Below, piece by piece: positions 38,054 to 51,849 of a DNA stretch of 64,000 nt. Numbering within the stretch: position 1 is the stretch's first letter; every line of letters begins with the position of its first letter. Source of the DNA: Kudoa neothunni (Eukaryota > Animalia > Cnidaria); the NCBI GenBank assembly GCA_964304625.1, contig OZ199838.1:398148-462147 (forward strand). The letters run 5' to 3'. A program made the position numbers and the translations under genes. Under the pieces are notes generated by a model. The model was not told the origin of the DNA. It worked only from the letters and a program-made list of their open reading frames with translations, and made no database searches.

Positions 38054-41000
38054 CCCTGCCGGGACCAACCGGGGTCATTCGTGACCCCATTTTTCGTATT
38101 TTTGGATTTTTCTGTTTGAAAAAAGATTATACACGTCTCACAGTTTTTGTAATCTAATGAAATGTAATGTTCAATTTTGTTTTTAAGTTATAACTTAAAA
38201 ACTATCAAGATGATACGAGATATAATGATTTTAAGTTAACACATATCAGTAAACCTTGGCTAAACGTAGACATAATAATTTTATTTGTTGAATTTAGGTA
38301 GCGAAATTAAATAGAATTCATCTGAAATATTGAAAATTTATGAAACCAAGTATGGGAGGAAACATTTTGATTTTATCACTCACTTGTCGAGAGATTCCGA
38401 ATAACTTAAGGGATTTGTTGGGCCGGATTACCGCGAGAAGTAAACATTTGGAACGGATAAGTAAAATTACCTGGGAAATTTGAAATGAAATTTGTATTTA
38501 GTCATGTCGTATTACAAAGATCTGAATAAACTAATTGATGATAATGTAGAGACTGATCAAAGCTCCGATAACGACCTTGAATTTGAAGGTGACCTATCAG
38601 ATGCCTCATATTATGAGGATATTGAGGAGGATTCAGACCCGCGTTCAGACCCATGTTCTAATTCTCAAAATGATGATGAATGCCAAACTGAGAACGATAA
38701 ATCAATGTCGAAATAAGGAGTTCTGTGGGATATTACAAATCAAACAAGAACGCGAACTAGAGTTCACAATATCGTCACAAGTAACTCGGGACTTTTAGGT
38801 GATGCTAAAAATGTGAACAGCATTTCTGATTTCTTTCAACTTTTTATGTCTGACTCCATTCTAGAGAAGATTCTAAATTACACGAATAATTTTTGTGATT
38901 CCAATAGCAAGTATGGAAATGAAAAAAAATAACCATTGAAGAGTTAAAATCTTTTATTGGGATATTAATTGCTTCTGGGCGATGTAATGGTTCAAAATTA
39001 TCATTAAAAACATTTGGGATACAAACCCGCTATTCAAACAATTTTTTTTTCTGTAGCCATGGCAAGAAATCGTTTTTCTCATATATATAGAGTAATACGG
39101 TTTGATGATAGACAAACCAGACAATTTAGATTTAATTTATCTAATGATAAATTCGAACCCATTCGGGAAATTTTTAATGAAATAAATGATTCTTTCAAAA
39201 AAAACTATTCTCCTGGTTCTCACATAACCGTCGATGAAAGAATGGTGTCATTTCGCGGAAGATGCCCGTTTCGATTGTACATAAAAAATAAACCCTACAC
39301 AGGTATGGTTGGAGGCATTAGAGATTCAAAACAGGTGGAAAAGGTTGTCAAGGAACTAATTGAACCATTTTTTGGATCAGGTCGTGGTGTCACCACTGAT
39401 AACTTTTTTACAACGGTTCCGCTGGAAACTTTCTTGCTACAAAATAAAATTACTTTAACGGGCACTGTTAGGCGCAATAACACTTACATTCCTCAACATT
39501 TGCTGGATTTTAAAAATCAACCTGAGCTTTCGTCCACTTTCTGTTTTTATAATGACATAACAATGATGTCATATATCCCGAAAAAGAATCGAGTTGTTTA
39601 TTTATTGTCCAGTGAAATAAATGATGGTGAAATAGAAGCGGGTGTGAGAAAGAGACCAACAATTATTCTCCACTACAATAAAACTAAAGGAGCGGTTGAT
39701 AACGGTGACAGAATAACCGGGTTGTACAGTTGTTCAAGATCAACTAGAAGGTGGCCTTTACGTATGTTCATGGATTTGGTGGATATATCAGCTCTCAATG
39801 CTTATGTCATATGGACGTCCAAATTCCCTGATTGGAGAACTAACGATCGAAGTCGCAGACAACATTTCTTAAGAGATCTGTGTATCGATTTAGTACAGTC
39901 GAATGTGTTACTTCGTCAAACTGCGGGTTCCAATTATCAATCACACATAAAATACAGTTTTGAACTGTTTAACAAGTACACAAATAATAATGATATATCC
40001 GATTCGATAGGGTTGAGTCCTGTATATAAAAGATCAAGGTGTGTGTTTTATTCAAGAAATACTGATCGAAAAACTAACGTAAAGTGTCATAATTGTAAAA
40101 GACCTATCTGCTCATCACACAGATTTAAAAAGAATGTTGCCTATTGTCAAACATGTAATGTAGATAGTGATTGTTATTTTTGCCGATTTTTTACGCATAA
40201 ATTGAACTACCTTATACCCCACAAAATTTTAACATTAATTTTGAGCAACTATCTAAATAATTGAGTTAATTAAGCCCATATACTACCTCTTCGATTAAGG
40301 AAATTTTCTAATAAGGGTACTTAAAAATGGTGTCGTTTATTAGAATGTCTAACTCGAATAGAGTTAAATTTGCATAATCTTATAAACTTTACATATTTTA
40401 TATGTATAATAGAGTTTATTCCTAGTTTAAGAAAAATATTTTTATTTCTGTGATCAATATAAGTGAATGCTAACAATATTATTAAATATTGCTCTAGTTT
40501 TATCGAGATTTTCTTATTAGATTATTAACTTCTAAATAGAAATATAATTTTATTTCAATAAAAAATTTTTTTCCGAGGATTTTCATCCTTGGTTTTATTA
40601 CGCAAACATCGTTACAATAAATCATAGTATTCAAATCTCTAGAATACGCCAATCATGCCGATAAAATAGGAATTACAATATATAATTTCAAACCAAATAT
40701 TCAGTATTACTCCTAAATATAAATTTCGATGAAGGAAACTCTTTGTTTTGGGAAGATATTACAATCTCACTTTAATCTCAGATTAGTGTTAAGCACGGCG
40801 AAGTTCTCAGGAAAATGTGCTTAATGGAGAAGCATGATCTTCTGTGTTTTCTCTGTTTAAAAATTGTTTCAATGTCGGGGTTCCTTGTGATTAACTTTAA
40901 ATATAAAAGTGTGGTGTGTTGTCTGGTATATATTAATGAGAATTTTTTGTTTTGATTCAAATCTTTGTGATTTTCCGATGAGTAATTATTGTGATTTTTA

Positions 41001-41177
41001 TTGATAATGTATTCGCTGTATGAAGTTCTAACAGGTTGATCTAGTTATATTAAATGCATTAATTATAGAACTTACTTAACTTGTCAAAAAAATGTAATAA
41101 TAAGTAAAAAATCACTGGGGTCAAAAAAGACCCCGTTGGGAACACGCGTTTTTTCCATGAGCTCGGTCCCGGGAGGG
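38054..41177 (+). mobile_element. piggyBac transposon (PGBD4-like), full-length ends, disrupted transposase
   Basis: TTAA|CCCTGCCGGGACC ... GGTCCCGGGAGGG|TTAA; GGGGTC-N6-GACCCC subterminal palindromes. Motifs TVDERM, TTDNFFT and YNKTKGAVD with a Cys-rich tail (38492-40264). There is an internal deletion after KNKP. Confidence 0.95.
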
Positions 41178-41399
41178 TTAATCAGTAAAACTAAAAAATG
41201 ATATTGAAATCTTCTGAAAGAATTTCTTAAAGCAAAATACAGAATAACCAGTGTGAGTAATAATACAATAGGAGATTCACAAGACTCTATCGAGTTAACC
41301 CATATAACCGAGAATGGAAAATTCTAATATCTAAAAAGGGAACTGGTTAACAAATATTTGAATAATCTCCGTTTAAATTATAAAAAGAAGTATAAATGT

Positions 41400-44300
41400 A
41401 TTTTACGTTTTACAACTTATATTCTAACTTAATGAGTTTTAAAAATCTTGCGAACATTTCAATCTTTCTATGTAGAGTTGATCTAAACCAGGCTTCTTGG
41501 AGATGGGAATGAACATGCTCAAATTTGCCCCCCCCCTATCTTATCTTCAGAAGCTTGGTTTTCAAGACATTCCAACAACATTCAATGGTGTTGGAATGTT
41601 TGTTTCAATCCACATAACGCTCAGAGTGATTAACGGTTTGATGGTCAAACCATGATCACTCAGAATATTATATGCATCCCATCCATCACTATAAATAGTG
41701 GTTCTGGGAGGACTTCATTAAGAATGATGGACACGAGGATCCTGGCATCTCTTTTTTCAACATAGAAATATCTAACTGCTTCTAAGTTTCTTTTGCTGTC
41801 CTCCCTTAGGGAACAAAGACAGATACCAAAGACCCAAGGCCCATCGATTCTATTATTGTATCGGTCTCTTTGGGCCACGATCAATTCATCATCTAGAAAT
41901 AGTTTAGATATTAATAAGATGTATAATTATTATCATATATAAAATCAACGTCAGAGTCTGATGCACAATATTCACTCCAAATTGTTGAATCTTTTTTCGG
42001 GTTATTAAAAGATTTTCCAGTACAATTACCTTCAATGTATATTCGTGATTGGGAGTGGGAGACTTCCTTATTTTTGGAAGTCTTCCATTTGTCAAACCCC
42101 AAATATCGACATTTGTTGTTTTCCGATTTCCTCACAACAAAATTTCGTCGATTTCTACAACGAACCCTGGACCGCCAAATTTCTCCCGGCCGCTAAAAAA
42201 ATTCGAAACAACGTTTCTAATTTTTCCATACCAATACAAATGAATTTTTTATATCAACGTTGATATTCTCGATGGAAGAAAGCATTGTGTGATCCAGGGC
42301 CCAATAATATAGGGTTTCTCAATTGAACTCGGCACCATTTTGGTTCCAACAATAATTCATATTTAAAAACTAATGATATATTTATTAGTTAATCCCGTAA
42401 AAAATAAATATCAATGGAAAACACATAATATAATACATGTTAAAAACAAGCTCAATTCGATTTCCCCAACAAATTCTTGTGTAACCTTTAATAGGTACCA
42501 TATAGTAATTCCTCTTTAAAATTTATTTTTAAGAAAATTGTATCATAGAAAGAACCAATATAATATCAACCTTAGACTTAGGAACAAAAGACCTCGTATA
42601 AAAAATACGATCAAAAGATCGAGGCAGCGCATTAAAAATACGGTAAACTGAATATGCTTCTTTCGTATCCCAGATAATGGTCTTATCATCAGAATTCTCT
42701 AATTCTGTCAACCACGTGTGACGTTTTCTGACCGAACTCATTGGTTACTAAAATTGTGTTGTCGCAAAGAAATTTCATAGTGCAATGAATCCAGAAGAGA
42801 AAAATAACAATTTAATTGAATCCGATGGTTCTATTTCCGATGACAATGAAGTTCTAATTACTTCAGAGCCTAAGAAACGAGTTCAACGGAAAACAATATC
42901 GTCTGAACTGAGAGAGCAAATGTTCAACTTTTTTGAAAAGGGGAGGAGTGATACCTATATTGCATCCGAGATGCGTCTGCCTCGGTCTACAGTCTGGTCT
43001 ATTATATCCAAATTCAGGATGAGTAGAACTCTTGAACCGAAACCTAGAGGCGGAAATAGACGACCTGTTCTTTCTCCTGAACAGAAAGAAAAAATTATTA
43101 GCTGGGTAGACGAAAATTCTCTGATCTCCCTAAAAGAATTAAAAAATAAAGTCCATGAGGATTTTGGAATTGTTGTGTCGCTTAGTACAATCGACAGAGT
43201 GATCGGACAATTTCACTATACTCTAAAAAACTTAGTGAAAGTGCCAGAGAGGAGGAACTGCGCTGCGAAACCACCATTCAAAAAAGAAAGGAATACGCAG
43301 AAATGTTCAGGGAATTGGAAACGACGGTGACTCATGAGAGTATTGTTCTCATCGATGAAGTAGGGTTCTCTATTGTGACGCGACCTAAAAGAGGTAGATC
43401 GTTAAAAGGAACGTCAGCCTATTGCTTCGTTTCGGTCGCTAGAAGCAGGAATATTTCTGTTGTCGCAGCTGTAAATAAAAGTGGAATAATTTACAGCAAA
43501 ATACACGACAAGGCGGTTACAGGGAAAGACTTTAAGATTTGTTTAGAAGAGCATAAGAATTCCTGTATAGCGAACGGTGTGCATCAACCGATTTTCGTAA
43601 TGGATAAAGCAAGAATCCATCATTACACGGGATTAAAAGATTTGGTTGTTAGAGAAAATATCCTAATAAGGTATTTACCACCTTATAACTCTTTTCTTAA
43701 TCCCATAGAAAATGTCTTCTCTGTTTGGAAGAACCTGGTCATCCGTAGGCAATCCAAAAATGAAAATTAATTAAGAGTGGCCATTAAAGATTGCTTTAAA
43801 GAAATTACTCCACAACAATGCGATGGATTCTACCGCAAAATGTTGGGATACATTACCAGGTCATCTCGTAGAGAAATTATCTTAGAATAAAAAATATATA
43901 AATATCGGATTTAAAGTTTTGTTTTTCTTGTTTTTATTTATGTCAGAAATTTAGTAACACTATTTAATACCAAACTTAACATGGATATACGCTCTAATCT
44001 TATAATAATATTTAAAAATATGTTTGAAAGAAAAATAATTATTTTAAATTGTAAAATATTAATCTTACAGCACAATGATTCGAGTATGTAGAGTAGTGTC
44101 ATCATAATTGTAAGTTACGAGATATGTATATATATACATATTTTTCTTTTAATTATTCGTTATTAAAAATTAAATTTATAGTTACATCCATATGATTTCA
44201 AAGTTTAAATATGAATTATTGTTGGAACCAAAATGGTGCCGAGTTTAGTTGCAAATTGCCGCGTTCAATTGAGAAACCCTATATATTTATTAATTCCATT

Positions 44301-44865
44301 ATTTTTTTGAAAAATAAATTAGTGGATCCGTTGGGGGACCCCGACGAGGATGAAAAAGTGGAACCCCCGTTTGGAGACACCTTTGTTTTATAATATTTAC
44401 TCCATTCTTCTTAATGAACGAAAACAATTACAAAATTACTTTATAAAAATGTAAATATATTGAACTGTGACACCGTTCCTTTTGTTTAACGTCATCTCAC
44501 TCGAAGAGGTTTTCAAATTACATTCTTTCGTAGAAATGTAAAGTGAATTACACCTCCTGCAATCCCGGCATCTTTTTGGAACATCGATGATTAATTTATG
44601 ATCCATTAAAAATTTGAATAATACTACATAGTCGTTAACAAGCACAAAAAAATAATCGTTTCCTCTAATTGTTGGTTGAATTATTCTTAGCGCGAATGCG
44701 GACCACAAACTTGCTGGATGATGGTTTTTATGTTGTCTATATAACAAAAAATCGGTGTCCCTTTTGTATAAGCTGTTGTCGTTAACACAGTGGCTTGCAA
44801 GCCCCAGTCCGGTAACAGATTTTAACTCCCAGTTAAAGACTAAGTGCAGCTCCACAGTTATTACC
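41400..44865 (-). mobile_element. Merlin transposon split by the Tc1/IS630 insertion at 42310-44281
   Basis: GGTAATAAC terminus at 44865 and an N-terminal Zn ribbon (FKFLMDHKLI..RCRDC) at 44436-44680. After the insertion it continues GGPGFVVEIDE, RIDGPWVFG, VEKRDARIL, SDGWDAY and HSNTIECCW. Confidence 0.85.
42310..44281 (+). mobile_element. Tc1/IS630-like transposon B with TIRs and TA TSD; transposase (42785-43890) inactivated
   Basis: TA|TAGGGTTTCTCAATTGAAC..TCGGCACCATTTTGGTTCCAACAATAATTCATATTT and its inverted copy ending GAGAAACCCTA|TA. Motifs IDEVGF, MDKARIHH and YLPPYNSFLNPIE; frameshift at ~43260 and a stop at 43768. Confidence 0.95.
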
Positions 44866-45802
44866 AATTCAATAAAAATTAAGTTCCGTATAATATTGAT
44901 CCTTTGAACGGTGCCATGATTAAAACGATATCACCTTGAATATAATTCATTATAATTATTTAAAGAAAATATTAAGCAAAAACTAGGCGGAATATTTCTT
45001 TATTTTATAATTTTACTTCCGAAGGTCGCTTGCTATCAAACATTTCGATTTTCTTTCTCTCCCGTTCAAGTTCCCGATATAAACTTTCCGATAATAATTA
45101 TTTACTGTACACATCGTTAATAAAGAGAGAGTAACCGCCATCATAACGCAAAATTGAAAATTAGTCATATTTTGTTTTTATATAGAAAATTTTGTGGTTT
45201 CATTTTAAACATTAATTCTAAAACATGATTGTGGCGGCTAAGCCTATTAACAATTATTATTTTGCGCGAGTCACATAACGTGTCAGTTTTTTGAATCTGT
45301 CTTTTGTGCTGCCGCTTTAATGATTATACATAAAACCCTCAAATAACAACAAATCAGGCCAGGTTACTTTAATTTTGTTCGTTACAAACATGATATTCAC
45401 ATTCGGCATTGTTGGATTATGATAACTAAAAGAATAATATCTACAATAAAAATATTTACTTTAAAATAAATAAAATTATGTGTGTATTTTATTTCAACGT
45501 TGGGCTGAAATTTAAGAGACAGCAACCTTAGAATACTATTGTAGTTATTAGATAATGTGATGAAAATCTCAACTCAACATATACTTTTCTTTACTACATA
45601 AAAATATAGAAAAAAGATATTAAACAATAAAAATTGATTTAAACCTATTAGGTATTGGACGCATACCTCTTCGATATAAGGATTAGCGGTATCCGCGAAC
45701 TATATTGTATTAAGGCACAACACGTGTACATTCATTTTGTTGTTGTTAAGTTAAGGTTGTCTCTTGATAGCGCACATTACGCTAGGCTTCTTAGACGTAA
45801 CA

Positions 45803-46422
45803 AAATCTAACAATAGAAATCATTTGATTTTTCGTTCATAATAGTCTGTCCAAATATATTCCATCTCTAGAGATTATTCTCAATTATAAACATTTTTATG
45901 AACTATCAAATTAGTTTTTTATGCATTTTCCAATTTATAACTACTCTTTAAATACAGTTTAGGTGATAATTTATCAAATAGGACTCAATAACTGCATCTA
46001 ATAATGTAGCGATTCGATTAAAAAAATTCACACAACTAAAAATAGTTATATTGCTATAATATAGAAAAAATATTTTGACTATCGATAAATTTTCAATATT
46101 CTACATGTCTGAACAACAACCGTTAATAATAACTTATTGTGAAGTAAGTTTAGGCGGAATAAAACCTAAAAATATTATAAACAGTTTGTTGCACAATTTG
46201 TACTCAACATCGTATTCTTTCATGGTGGAATACAGAACTAGTGTTTAGCATGGAGATTATATTATTTACTACACTGTCATATATGCGATTAGAAGAAAAA
46301 TGTATTTTTATAATTTTGAGGAAAATTTTGATTCACTCCAGATGAGAAGAGCATATAAGATTTTTTGGAACAACTTTCGACGAAAAAAGTCGTAAACTAC
46401 GCTAAAAATGGGGGAGCTACAC
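45803..46422. repeat. Inverted duplicate of ~37219-37838
   Basis: The lines compared (45841, 46081, 46261) are exact reverse complements of lines 37741, 37501 and 37321, in unchanged register. Confidence 0.92.
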
Positions 46423-49400
46423 CTAAGAAGATAAGAAGAATATTACAATTGGGAAGACGTCGACAATTTCATCAAAATGCCGTGCTAAGAAGTGAATAAA
46501 CGGATTTGAGGGTTTGTGTTATTCCGGCGGTAAGGTTATTTTGGACACTACCTGATCCTCCTCATTTTCTACAGACACTTCCTACAAAATATCTGATGAT
46601 ACAATTGCACTTTCCGGATGACATTTTTGGAGCGAACGTAATTATTAGGAACTGATTCATTCCTACTTTTAAGGTTCACAGTCATGCTTGTCATCGAATT
46701 GGATCGATATCGCTTTCTGAAAATGAGCGACCGAAATTCTTGCAAATATATTTCATACGAGACATGCATTTGCAACCTTAAAATCGATCCAACATGTATC
46801 TCCAGATTAGGTATGATATTATTTTAGCGCTTCAAGATATGTTACACAGGCACAATAGCTACATCCGCAGTTTTATGTATGCTTTAGAAATGTACCCGTC
46901 CTCTGATTTTAATTTAACCATAAACGCTGACGAGCGTCCACAGGGAGAATATGGGAGAAGATACAACGCCCCAACTTACAATGAAATGGTCATCGTAATG
47001 TTGGATGAGCAGCATTGTAGGAGGGATATTGTTTTGAGCAGTAAGGACAACAGACCTCAAAGAATAAGCGAAACACACAGATCGTATTATGTATTGCAAT
47101 ATCCACTAATTAATGTCTATGGTCAATATGGTTACCATTTTCGTATTCCACAGATTGGCACAAACAAAAATGTTTCATGTAAGGATTTTTATTCTTTTCA
47201 TTTTATGGTAAGGGAAAAGGGTTTTAACATGCTGCATCAGTTTGGGACATTATTCCAACAATGTATTTGCAAAGATGGAATCTGAGAGACTTTGTTTCAT
47301 TAGATTCAACAACAAGATGAACTTCGTGTCGAATCTTAAGTCAATTTAATGGATAGCATTCGTAGCTACGGTGAAATAAATGGACGTGGATGGTTGTGTA
47401 TTTTGCCGTCGACTTTTGTAGTTTCACCACGTTATATGAACGAGAACATGCAGCTTGCCATGACCTACGTTCGATATTTTGGAGGACCGGACCTATTTCT
47501 AACATTCACGTGTAATCCATTTTGGAGCGAAAGTAATGGAGAGTTATTTCCTGACCAAGTACCTAAAAACAGACTAGTCATAGTTACCAGAGTATTCAAC
47601 TTGAAGTTAAGTTTTGATGAATTTAATTAAAAAATTGAAGATTTTTGATCAAGTTCACTGTTATATGTATACTATTGAGTAGCAGAAATGAGAGCTGTCA
47701 CACGCTCATATATTGGTCTGGATGAAACAGAAATTGCTTTCCAATGAAATCGACCAATTCATATCGAGCGAATTATCAGCCCAGGTGTAGATCCAGTATT
47801 GTTCCAGATTGTAAGAACAATTATGATCCATGGTCCCTGTGTTGGGTTGAATTCAGAAAGCCCGTGCATTAATGATCAGAGAACATGCACCAAAAACTAT
47901 TCCAGACAGACAGTGATGGATTTCCTGTTTACAGAAGAAGACGACCTGAAGATGGGGGTTTTTTGGGCGTCAATCTATCTGTACAACAGTGGGGAAGTCA
48001 TCATAGATAATAAGTGGATTGTTCCCTATTATCCTTTGTTGACGAAGATTTTCAATGCCCATATTAATGTAGAGTATTGCCATTCAGTAAATTCCATTAA
48101 ATATAAATGCAAATATGTAAATAAAGTTTCTGATGCCGCCATGTTTGTTGATAATCAAAGAGATCATTTTGTTAAAGTTTCAAATTACCAGGTTGGTCGC
48201 TACATAAGCAGTAACGAAGGATTTTGGAGATTCTTCGGCTTCAATATTCATAGTCATTTTCCAACCGTAAAGCATTTAAGCCTCCATTTGGAGAATGGCC
48301 AGCGTATTTATTTCACCGACGAAACCTTGTTGAATCGATTACAAGATCCAAGGGACACGACATTAACCGCTATTTTCAAGCTATGCTAGAATAACGAATT
48401 CGCTTAAAGTCTCCTCTACCATCAAATCCCATCTTATTACGTATGGAATGATAATAGTTGGCATCGGAGAATGAGAGGATGTCCAGTTTAAGGCCACCCA
48501 TGCATACGATTCGACGCTACAATAGGAAGAGTTTACAGTGTACATCCTGCACTTCAAGATTGATTTTATTTGGGGATATTGCTCCATTGTGTAAAGGGAC
48601 CTTCAAGTTTTGACGATCTTAAGAAGGTTGACGGTCAGCTATACCCAACATACCTTGAAGCGTGCTTTAAAAATGATTTGGTAGCGGGAGACAACCACTA
48701 GGAATGTACATTACTAGAAGCTGCTCTTACAAATAATAGTCCACGACAATTACTAAGATTATTCGCATTGTTGATCAGAAATTTCGAAACGTATCAGCCT
48801 CATAAACTGTGGTTACTTTTTAGGAAACGTATGTCGTAAGATTACCGGTATCAACTGCAACAAACCAGTTCAATGCTACACGTGATTTTCAATTCTGACC
48901 TTTTTAACATGTCCCTACTTGACATAGAGGACACTTTAATTCAAATGGGTGGAGGAATGTTAAATTCATACGGATATCCTCCTTTGGACAAAATTTGGCG
49001 CCTTTCTTCCAAATGAAGTCCAGAGATAATTTGCCTACAACATTGAAGAATTAACCGAGTTTGTAGAAATAAACAAGCCGAAACTGACGCCTGACCAAAG
49101 ATTTGCATTTGAAACAGTGTTGGTAAGCATTTATAATAATATAGGTAATTGTAACGTTTTTTTGATGCACCGGGTGGTACGGTTAAGACATTTGTGACAA
49201 ATCTTTTATTGACCGAATTAAGAAGAGATTCTAAAATTACACTTGCTGTTACATCTTCGGGCATTGCAGCCACATTATTACCAGGAGGTAGGACCATCCA
49301 GAGTAAATTTAAATAGCCAATCGCGATTAAGGGTGATGGAACTGACGTACGTGCAATCAGCAAAGGGACAAGTTTATCCCACTTCTTGACAAGATGCATG

Positions 49401-51845
49401 ACCATCATATAGGATGAATGTACGGTGGCGAACAGAGTGGTTTTCGAAGGTTTGGATAGAACGATAAGGGATTTAACAGACAAAAACATTCCGTTTGGTC
49501 GAATCACAATGGTTTTGTCGGCGATTTTCGTTAAACTCTGCCCGTAATACCCAGAGGTACAAGATACGACCATGTAAAATATCCCCTAAAGTTCTCCTCC
49601 TTATGGGCGAACGTTAAAATCATCCATCTCAACACCAATATGAGAGTGTAACTGAGCGATGATGAAGGAGCCAATCAATTCGCTTCAGAAATACTACGGA
49701 TACGTGATAATCAACTTACCATTAGGCCACATGGATGTATTCCTCTGTGTTTCGTGGCAAAACATGGCTTCGTGCATGGATGAATTGACAGACCATGTTT
49801 TTCCAGAAATACAAACAAACTTTTACAACTCAAATTGGCTGTCAGAACGAACTATCTTAACTCCCACAAACTAATCCTTAAACAAAATCAATGATAGATT
49901 GATCCGTCTTATTTCAGGCGACTCTGCGGAGTATAATCATATGACACCGTCGTGGACAAAAATTAATGTATTAATTTCCTTGTTTAATTTCTCAACAGTC
50001 TAGAGTCTAGAGCTATCGGAGGTTCCTTCACACAAGATTCTTCTAATGGTAGACACTCCAATTATTTTGCTAAGAAATTTGGATTCATCAAGGTTGTGTA
50101 ACGGCAATCGACTATTGGTATAGTCGTTAATGTCTTACCTTATTGAGGTCACTATCATAACAGGTTGTGCCAGAGGGTAAGATGTAAATATTCCGATTAT
50201 TCCTTCAGACACCACCTTTAATTTCAGAAGACTGCAATTTCCCATCAAACCATGCTTTGCAATATCCATCAATAAGGCCAAGGGGAAAACCTTCAAAGTT
50301 ACCGGTTTAAATTTGGAGAAACCGTGTTTTTCTCATGGACAGTTGTATATCGCCGGCTCCAGGATAGGCTCCAAACACAATTTATACGCTTTTTCTCCGA
50401 ATGGTCTGACCTAAAATATAATTTATAGGGGGGGTATTACAATAACTATGTTATCATTTTCATATTTATATGAATCTTACTCGCCTATTTAAATTCAGTG
50501 TTTATATAAATTTCATTCAAATTTATTTATATGAAACAATGTCTCTTTGATTCTATTTTTGGGAATATATCTATAATGTTATGTGGAACATTATTCCAAA
50601 TTTTGCAGCATGTTCAAACATTATTCTATTATCATTAAGCGATACGAGTAGAAACTTTACATGAGACACTTTTGTTTGCCAATTTTTGGAGTGCAAAACT
50701 GATAACAATCTTCATCCCCGGCATTTATTTTTGGATGTCGCAGTAGACTATGCGATTTATGTGCTTCGATTACTGTTTGAGGTATGTTGTGTTTTTTTCA
50801 CAAAAAATATCGAATACATCATGCTGCTCATCTAACTTTATGGGGGGCAATAATCGTTACTTTGAGTGTTATATCAACCTCTATTTTCTTCTTAAGAATG
50901 CCGTCAGTATCTTTTATTGTAATAGGATCAGACGTTGGATGGATTCCCAAAACAAACATAAAATGGTAGGGTATAGTTATTTTTCCTGTTAAACATATAT
51001 TGGGTGTTAGAGATATACGTACTTTTTCTGAAAACGTGTTGCTGATCAATTCTAAGCTTGTATATGCAAATCTTCTAAAAATACATTTTGTAAAATGCCG
51101 GTTCGCCGTCGTCTTAATGTTACTACGATCCAATTCCACGGCTAATTTGATCCCATATCTTAAAGTAATCACAAATCCTGATTAAACGAACGCGTTAGTT
51201 TTAAAAGTGACATAATACTGTGTTATTATATCTTTAAATATGCTTGTGGAAGTATTTTGAAGTTTGTTGTCTGCATTTTTCAAGATTTTGCGTGTGACGG
51301 TGCGACGAAATTTCTTTGGTAAGCGTTTATAGGATTTCATGTTCAAAATTTAATCTACCACATTGTTATAGGTATGATTCAACTGAGCAGGTCTATAACA
51401 GAATTCAAGTGATAATTCAATTTCGGAATCTATATCCCTTTATCCGTTGACTGTATAGTTGTATTCCGTTGTAATGCCTCACGTATACGTCGATTTCTAT
51501 TTGCTTTCCTTCGTTTCTTAAAATCGCGGATGCATCAAATAATGACGATGAGATTTAAATGAAATGAGGTTCATTTTGTTTGAATTATAGTTTCTTTAAT
51601 ATATTTTTATTAGGTTTTTTCTGTTTCTTGTTAAATATAATGGCTACCTACATTATTGTGTAAAATTTTATGTTTCATTTATGACTGTTCATTTCGTGTA
51701 GTAAATTTTCGGCAGATGTTTATGCCAATAACATATTGAAACATTTATTATATTGGAAAATATAATTTAAAAAATTTTTATTTCAATTTTGTCCCCTAAA
51801 TTAGATATTCCCACCACTCCGAGCGTAGCCGGATATTTCAGCTAG
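46420..51845 (+). mobile_element. Helitron (RepHel pseudogene, 5'-truncated) with intact 3' terminus
   Basis: GPDLFLTFTCNP, TIE*QK*ELSHAHIL (HUH motif) and HINVEYC..IKYKCKYVNK; Pif1 motifs DAPGGTVKT, SSGIAATLLPGGRT and RRLQFPI..FSHGQLY (to ~50445). The 3' end is CCGAGCGTAGCCGG..CTAG|T at 51842-51846. Confidence 0.93.
50660..51570 (-). pseudogene. Unidentified degraded passenger ORF inside the Helitron 3' arm
   Basis: One frame stays open for ~200 codons (about 51438-50828) with only two stops, and flanking frames extend it. No recognisable motif. Confidence 0.4.
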
Positions 51846-51849
51846 TACA

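Noticed and set aside
43250-43300. Programmed -1 frameshift as in bacterial IS630 (A-run at ~43280)
   Set aside because: A 5-bp duplication explains the shift, and the related element A is a single ORF.
45513-45766. Short inverted repeat AAGAGAC(AGC)AACCTTA / TAAGGTTGTCTCTT as a MITE
   Set aside because: Only ~14 bp with an indel, no TSD and no second copy in the window.
1569-50412. Stop-codon reassignment suggested by in-frame TAA/TAG/TGA in many TE ORFs
   Set aside because: The stops replace different residues (E, W, R and others), co-occur with frameshifts, and the host genes end normally in TAA. This is ordinary decay.
50450-51845. Fanzor/TnpB in the Helitron or Tc1 elements
   Set aside because: No RuvC D-E-D motifs or CxxC Zn finger were recognisable; the region is kept only as an unidentified passenger.
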